NCBI GenBank assembly: GCA_017626135.1
Contig: JAGAJI010000029.1
Coordinates: 2,328 to 66,327 of the forward strand
Direction of reading: 5' to 3'
Length of the DNA stretch: 64,000 nucleotides
Source of the DNA: Clostridia bacterium
Lineage (GTDB): Bacteria > Bacillota > Clostridia > Christensenellales > Borkfalkiaceae
Shown here: one piece after another, positions 59,601-64,000 of the stretch
Numbering within the stretch: the first letter of the stretch is position 1
Layout: each line of letters opens with the position of its first letter
The notes under the pieces: model-generated
What the model saw: the letters and a program-made list of their open reading frames with translations, nothing else
Told to the model about the DNA's origin: nothing
Database searches by the model: none
Position numbers and translations under genes: made by a program

Positions 59601-62600
59601 CAGAAAACCTCGTCTATAACAAAGACGCACAAACCGTTACGGCTTCGACGGCTGAAGGTGTAACAGACTTCACCGTAACTTGCGAAAACGCTACGGTAGA
59701 AGGCAAGTCGATCAGCGTGACGAACGCAGGCGACTATACGGTCGTCTTCACGCTCACGTCGAATAACTACGTATGGAAGGATAACGTAAACACCGTATCC
59801 TTCGCGGTAGCACGCAAACAGATCACGGAAACCGTTAAGGCAATTGCAAACGCAACGAAGGATAGCACCTACGACGGCGCGAACAAACTTCCCGCATTGA
59901 CGGGCTATGAAGGATTCGAGGCGGAAATCACCAAAGCGGAAGCCTTCGCAGGCACGATTGTCAATAAGGGCGTCGATGCAGGTAACTACACGCTCACGCT
60001 CAAGTTGACGGATGCGACGAACTACGAATTTGCAGACGGCTTGACTTTGACGTACGACTTCACCATCAACAGAGCGAAGGCAACGGCAACGATTACGAAG
60101 ACGAGCGCGACCTACGATAGAAACGAGCATTCGCAGACGATTTCCGTAACTTCGGGCACGCTTACCGTGAAGTACAAGGTAAACGGCGGCGACGAAATTA
60201 CCGGTGACCATACCGTCACGAAAACCAACGCAGGCAAGTACACCTACGCTATCACGTTGGTAGACACCACCAACTTCGAGCTGACGGCAGGCAGCGAACT
60301 TACCTTCACTATCAATAAGGCAACGGTGGGAACCGTACAGCTTGCACAAAAAGAGTTCACCTACACGGGCAAACCCGCGGCGTTGAGTTACACCGTACAA
60401 ACCATGGACAGAACGATCACACTTGCGGCAGGTACGGACTATACGACGAACGACGTAGAAACGAACGTAGGCAACAACTACGAGCTCGTGATTACGTTGA
60501 GTAACAACTTCGTGTTTAACGGTGGCGGCAACACGCAAACGCTTACGTATTCCATTACGAAGGCGACCGCAACCATCACGCTCACGCTTACCAACTACAC
60601 GTGGGTGTACGGTCAGTACAATGCAGAAGCGAATAAGCTTGAAGCAACGGTAACGAAGTCGTTCACCGACTCCGTGGCGGTAGCATACAAATACGCTACG
60701 AATAGCAATGGCACGGGTATCATCGAGAACTTCGCTCCCAACACGCAGAATGCAGGTACTTACTACGTACAGGCGTACGCGGCTGGTACGGATAACTATG
60801 ACGTGACTGCGTCCGCATGGACAGAATTTACCATTTCGAAAGTGAAGGTAGACGTAAGTGATTTTGATCTTGCAGATAAGCAGGGCGACAACGCGTTGAC
60901 GTACACGGGCAAGAATCAGCTTCCCGTAACGGCAGGCGATAAGGGCGTTTATACGATCAGCATTAACGGCTCTACCGAGGATACGGGCTTGGGCGTCAAT
61001 GCAGATACGTATATTATCAAACTTACGTTGGATGATACGGCGAACTACGAATGGAAAGGAACCGTTCAAGCAAGCTACACCTACGTAATCAAACCCGCAA
61101 CGGTAACGGTAACCACCGAAGGCAAAACGAGCTTTACCTACAACGGCGAGCCTCGCTTCGTAAACATCGTTGTCAAAGCAGGCGATACGGAATTGACGGA
61201 AGATACGGATTATACGGTCAGCGGCAACGGGGAAACGAACGCAGACGAGTATACGATTACGGTAACGTTGACGAATGCAAACTACACGTTCGCAAGCGGT
61301 ACCACGGCAACGCAATCCTATACGATTACGCAGAAGAAAGTAGCGTATGACGGACAGACCGAGTTCAGCGTACCTTACGGCACGACGTTTGAGAGCATGG
61401 CATTGCCTACAAGCCCCTATGGTACGTGGGCATGGCCGAAGACAGGCGCAGTTGGCGACGCAGGCGAATACGAATACACCGTTACGTTCACGCCTTCCGA
61501 AACGTACAAGGCGAACTATGCGGAAGTTACGAAAACCATCAACGTTACGGTAACCAAGATTGACAATACAATCACCACGTTCACCGTAGCAAACAAGAAA
61601 TACGACGGCAGCCCTGTAACGTACAAGTTGGAAGCATCTTATACCACGGGTGCAACCTACAAGTATAGCTATACGAAGGCAGACGGTACTACTGTTTGGG
61701 GCGACGATCTCCCGACCGACGCAGGTGAGTACACCGTATATGTAACGATTGAGGCAAGCACGAACTATAATGAAGTTTCGACTTATAAGAGTGAGGTTAT
61801 CATTAAGCCCGCAGATTTGACATCGCTTACGACATCGATTGATTATGCTACGGCGACAAACAACTACTATTATCAGAACGAGCTTACGAATGATAAACTC
61901 AACGCCATAACCAAAGTTGAAGCAAAAGGCGTGCTTTTGGCAAGCGGCGAAAATGAAACCGTAACAGGTACGCTGACGGGCATTAAGAATTTGACTTTCA
62001 ACGGCGATAACAGCTATTTTGACGCTACGTTTACACCGGCAAGCAAGAACTATAATGCAAAAGCGGTTAGAGTAACCATTAAGTTGAAAGGCGTGGCTTA
62101 TATCGGTACTACCTATTACGGAACCATCGAAGCGGCGTTGGCTGCGGCAACTTCCGGGCAAACCGTTTACGTTGTCCCTGATGCAACCGGTAAGGTAGTC
62201 ATAACGGAAAGCCGTGAGATTAAGTCCGGCGTAACTCTTTACTTGCCTTATAGTGGTACAACTTACTTTGATAACTATTCGGCTTCTAAGACACTTGGCT
62301 TTGCAGACGCAAGTACGACTTCTGTTACGAATAATCGTAAGTCGTTAGTAATGCTTGATGCGAATACCACGCTTACCGTCAACGGTACGTTGATTATCGG
62401 TGGTATGTTGGGTAGCGCAGGTGCAGGATTATCAGGACATACCTCGGGAAGTTATGCAGAAATTTGCATGGGCAGCAAGGCGAAAATCGTATCTTCCGGA
62501 ACGGTTAACTGTTATGGTTATATCAAGGAAACGGCACGCAACAACGGCAGTATGGTGGAAATCGTATCGGGTACCGCTTATGCACCGTACGTTATCTACG

Positions 62601-64000
62601 ATTTCAGAGCCGGTTCGGATACGGTATGCGTGTACCAGGCAGGGAATATGTCACCGTTTGCCGTATACGATATGCCGAACGTTCAACCTTTCTTTACCAT
62701 CCATGCAGCCGCGACTTTGATCGGATATGCGGATTTGTATGCAAATGATCAACATAATGATACAACCATCAATATTATTGCTAAGTCGGGTGCAATACTC
62801 AATCTGACCGAGGGAGCAACGGCGACGTTGAAATATACCCCTCAGACAAACGGATTGACGACGAATTATACCGCAAACGCTTCCGTTACGTTGAGTAAAG
62901 ACGTTTCTATCGAGTTGTCGAACCGTACCGTATTGACGTATGCGAATGGTACGGAATTCAAGTGTGCGACGACCGATATACAAATATGCGGCGGCGCATA
63001 TTTGGGGACTATGTCCATGACGGTTATGGGTGCTACTGTAAAAACAGAAACAGTACTCTTCCCCATCAGCTGGAAACAACAGATGACGTTGAGAAAGGGC
63101 ACGTACGAAATCGCTAAGCCGTTTAAGCTGCTGAGCGGCGCTACGATCGCCGTAGAGGAAGGTGCAACGCTAAACGTAAAGAGCTCCATGGTCATCTATC
63201 CGATGTCCTCTCTCGCATCTCAATACAACGGCGTAATGACAGACGACGTTTACTATTTCAATAATATCGTTGCTTATCCTGCAAAGGATGCCGCGCAATT
63301 GCTTGTCAAAGGAGCGTTGAATATTAGCGATACTTCCGTTAATTCCAGCTTTGGTGGCTTTGGCGGTATCGTAACGGCATCCGGTCCTAACGCCGTGTTG
63401 AACGTAACAAGTAGTGCAAGCAACCTTACTGCGACGAGCACGGAAAGCAAAGGTACAGTTACTGGAATCTCAGCTATGTTTAATCCGAAGTGTGAGCCAG
63501 TAGATATCATCACGAAAACTTTCCAAGCATTGTCTTTCACGCAAGAAGAGCAGTATTTCACGGCATCCGGAACTTACTACGGAGCGCAATGCACTGGCGG
63601 TACGTACGCTTGGGTAGAATCGAACGAAACCTTTAATCTTGGCTTTGAATTTGGCTATATGATAAACGGTGCGTTTAGAGACGACTTGGGCGGTTACACG
63701 ATCGTCAACAATGCAGACGTTCCGTTCAAGTATACCGATCACGTATATCCCGGCTCTGCGGCGATTTCAGAGAAGGTTACGATCGACGGAGTGGAATACT
63801 ACCTTATCTTTAAGGGTTGGTATACGAAGGCGGGTACGGTAGAGGAAACTTATCGTATAAGAGACTTCTACGGTAAGGATTACGTTCGCGGCGTAACGCT
63901 CTACGGTGTATTCGAAGCGGTTACTTCCGCGTACACCGTAAACTTCGACAAGTCTTCGGACGAAACGACGGTGGACGACGACCTCACCATAAATCCCATT
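53684..64000 (+). CDS. Giant surface lipoprotein (>3,439 aa, 3' end outside window) built of MBG/YDG-type repeat modules, Listeria-Bacteroides (GW[YK]) repeats and a beta-helix-like region
   Basis: It is absent from the supplied ORF track because it has no stop codon. AGGAGG (53671-76) lies 7 nt before ATG 53684. Lipobox AFGFASC. I translated 53.7-55.9 kb and 60.0-64.0 kb by eye and found no stop. None of the listed + ORFs after 53684 are in this frame. Repeats are of the type FTI(T/N)KA..TVT......YDG/YNG....P. The window ends exactly on a codon boundary. Confidence 0.9.
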   Translation, partial: MKRRLATLFVALSSAFVAFGFASCQIIQWQPDWGFIENVNRYEIELDTTEFEPVVPYDSEFDYQSIKLIYKAYLGEEEQPFYELQISLKPNMVTGGLDTTTPGEKELIIEYGGESFLLPYVVKYQVDFLSKGEVFNTQYVLSSDEVVVPQAKEQEGYTFAYWKSEVPEVLTENVAIEAHYYDNALHAPALETIHCTYDPNATVAQLTLPSNESGNWEFVDPALPVGDAGSHEYEVRFVSKTDELAPVANELVKVQVAKKAVAAPAVSASLVYAATTQKATVTDVETDDSLYAIVNEGGINAGNYSATATLKDVKNYVWKDTDNWTEVDEATGILTFKYTITPKQVEFVIASETFTYNRGEQFPTYTFADAFDNEHITAADVTVTGTPKINADTYEYGFAMNNANYAGSYSGTFTIEQKELTFIVDSKSFVYDGTEHYPTYSFADPEDLPNVRVMSGKPQTEAGSGYKYGWLVMDDNYTGMHTGTFAITKPDVTVTAVLSETEITYPAAIPEITFTVEGFTGDEALLNITVEKPTANVGTHEITPVVNNANVNATCVSATLTINKGTPEYYRPTLSTDGLQGTAAIYGDTISTVTFSDEGFGTWAWKNPDLVIDRMSDFSAVAVFTPQDPNLNQLEKELFITNEYRQIAKRTLNIVVTKNEYTYTGEEFALEYTIVDATDPEGYTIELDKLTVSGNSVETEAGEHNKTLEIVSDYYKGVVSPKLIIHKADPVVSLTVDHGNVAYRPALTLENSGLTPIGTAHRANDDEPVEGTFTWVKGSYSLSGLAIGVATPVKVVFTPTGEKANNYNSVILTYNVTVDKADSVIQKVEGSNKVALLETYEKVYDASAFAFKAQVSRDNELPDTSTITYTYKNVATGVESATITEAGEYELTISVGATTHYKGATATVIVRITQASNEWKDGPAIGPNSSWTYKNQGSNQISATAKFGTSTIVITYTNTTTGTVYHNADNKLPTDAEAGTYVASVVLPETSNWAGLSAEVTFTVNKAEVAKPTVKFVLNNQTAYTGTAQIPTVNGSYENGSTGGVGYTVEYLNRDSIDVGTYQVRITLNDATNYVWSGTDSNVYVAEYKIEQATNQITSLSIDGWKYLEYDAAENAPVATATFGSLADISYSYYTSYPNAFNRENEVSLDDIKVATVNTYYVRADIAATENYTAASEIQSFEISNADFADAQKAELFAQPYEVTWFSGITIENSGIQLPNGNYTWTNKNQSLDRIGENDCEATYEIANYNAVTGNFKVTVKQASATLTAGIPEADRTFTYTGTAITDFYTFLQLSTTNSEYTTDTAKVVVTYNVVYTGDGTYDGTICNAGTYKITANLPATTHYEAADMAEVTITVKKVENKQTIPEMKATYGETLSKAKNSDGKTLSDYNDTYGEWSWEAGNDTLVGNATTHTYTAKYTPKAEYAGNYAGRTGVEVTVIVAKKAIALPTLTKTSFVYNGSVQKPEIPVSDDYSVSDWSNENSTNVANNYTVTLKLSDENYAWSGTGTGASVSGLNATYTYAITKATLTVTENKIQTATYGDKVKEKLLLPVSKFNGNEVGTWAWRNVTAETTVGDCANKHSFEAECALTGDDAINFNSVSIVTVEVTVNRATPTLTVTDNCRKTYDGTAFAFAEGDISISHDETAEISYQYKLADSTEEAQSGLPTNAGTYTVTVTLSESANYKGTSTTVTVTIEQATPTATVENVAVGAYLSGLREQIGNPAYGTWVWNNATDIRFTDAKTYECKVPFRPNSNNYKTEGIITVYVGKVAVSATIALDSNVYTGSEIRYTVTVGNTVDELTLGTQYTVEWTQYTVTCDTIQNAGEYTVTITLLDATFDWATTDSTVTIQGAVLTKKITIASATNGWTEGTPVLSDEDRTWNYLDPQVTLSSLELTSDTDTLARIEPEVTYYKKSGDNWIANDWTAIPQNADVGDYKVVISVSDDPNGNWTQVDDVEILFTITPKAITPQLSAENLVYNKDAQTVTASTAEGVTDFTVTCENATVEGKSISVTNAGDYTVVFTLTSNNYVWKDNVNTVSFAVARKQITETVKAIANATKDSTYDGANKLPALTGYEGFEAEITKAEAFAGTIVNKGVDAGNYTLTLKLTDATNYEFADGLTLTYDFTINRAKATATITKTSATYDRNEHSQTISVTSGTLTVKYKVNGGDEITGDHTVTKTNAGKYTYAITLVDTTNFELTAGSELTFTINKATVGTVQLAQKEFTYTGKPAALSYTVQTMDRTITLAAGTDYTTNDVETNVGNNYELVITLSNNFVFNGGGNTQTLTYSITKATATITLTLTNYTWVYGQYNAEANKLEATVTKSFTDSVAVAYKYATNSNGTGIIENFAPNTQNAGTYYVQAYAAGTDNYDVTASAWTEFTISKVKVDVSDFDLADKQGDNALTYTGKNQLPVTAGDKGVYTISINGSTEDTGLGVNADTYIIKLTLDDTANYEWKGTVQASYTYVIKPATVTVTTEGKTSFTYNGEPRFVNIVVKAGDTELTEDTDYTVSGNGETNADEYTITVTLTNANYTFASGTTATQSYTITQKKVAYDGQTEFSVPYGTTFESMALPTSPYGTWAWPKTGAVGDAGEYEYTVTFTPSETYKANYAEVTKTINVTVTKIDNTITTFTVANKKYDGSPVTYKLEASYTTGATYKYSYTKADGTTVWGDDLPTDAGEYTVYVTIEASTNYNEVSTYKSEVIIKPADLTSLTTSIDYATATNNYYYQNELTNDKLNAITKVEAKGVLLASGENETVTGTLTGIKNLTFNGDNSYFDATFTPASKNYNAKAVRVTIKLKGVAYIGTTYYGTIEAALAAATSGQTVYVVPDATGKVVITESREIKSGVTLYLPYSGTTYFDNYSASKTLGFADASTTSVTNNRKSLVMLDANTTLTVNGTLIIGGMLGSAGAGLSGHTSGSYAEICMGSKAKIVSSGTVNCYGYIKETARNNGSMVEIVSGTAYAPYVIYDFRAGSDTVCVYQAGNMSPFAVYDMPNVQPFFTIHAAATLIGYADLYANDQHNDTTINIIAKSGAILNLTEGATATLKYTPQTNGLTTNYTANASVTLSKDVSIELSNRTVLTYANGTEFKCATTDIQICGGAYLGTMSMTVMGATVKTETVLFPISWKQQMTLRKGTYEIAKPFKLLSGATIAVEEGATLNVKSSMVIYPMSSLASQYNGVMTDDVYYFNNIVAYPAKDAAQLLVKGALNISDTSVNSSFGGFGGIVTASGPNAVLNVTSSASNLTATSTESKGTVTGISAMFNPKCEPVDIITKTFQALSFTQEEQYFTASGTYYGAQCTGGTYAWVESNETFNLGFEFGYMINGAFRDDLGGYTIVNNADVPFKYTDHVYPGSAAISEKVTIDGVEYYLIFKGWYTKAGTVEETYRIRDFYGKDYVRGVTLYGVFEAVTSAYTVNFDKSSDETTVDDDLTINPI

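Overview
This is a 64-kb chromosomal segment that looks like a Gram-positive, Clostridia-type anaerobe. The cues are AGGAGG-type Shine-Dalgarno sites, TTGACA/TATAAT promoters, lipobox lipoproteins, Rex, a LemA/DUF2207 pair and M18/M20 peptidases. I support about 45 protein-coding genes, mostly on the + strand. I saw no rRNA, tRNA or CRISPR array. Order of content: a SufB/D fragment; two M18 aminopeptidases flanking a collagen-like/LRR lipoprotein; a MarR plus fused ABC-FtsX exporter operon; small membrane proteins; LemA-DUF2207; a lone CAT-family gene; a membrane-anchored 4x YegP protein; two flavoproteins; a PepV-like dipeptidase; RadC; a HisKA_3/LuxR two-component pair; HAD; mgtE; two SH3b-like anchored proteins. 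Next comes an 8-gene phage-type head and DNA-packaging module (TerL, TerS-like, portal, scaffold, capsid, three unknowns) with no tail, lysis, integrase or replication genes. After it come dut, trmB, a degenerate [FeFe]-hydrogenase-like protein with a long acidic repeat tail, an SBP plus permease, DUF1349 and Rex. The window ends with a cell-surface locus: ABC ATPase, ABC permease, Big_2 protein, beta-helix lipoprotein, and a giant (>3,439 aa) MBG-repeat lipoprotein. That giant ORF runs off the 3' end and is missing from the supplied ORF track because it has no stop codon. The items most worth follow-up are: (1) the tail-less capsid/packaging module, which may be GTA-like or a capsid-forming satellite; (2) a strand-biased dispersed 12-21-nt motif, GGGGGCAGGTATGCGTTGAA, that looks like a portable SD+ATG cassette and often sits just after stop codons; (3) the hidden giant ORF and its surface locus; (4) the ligand-depleted hydrogenase-like protein, together with acidic E/V/P/T extensions on three unrelated proteins; (5) a translated, pseudoknot-capable leader upstream of mgtE that does not look like an M-box. 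All calls come from reading the sequence and from remembered family signatures. No database search was run.
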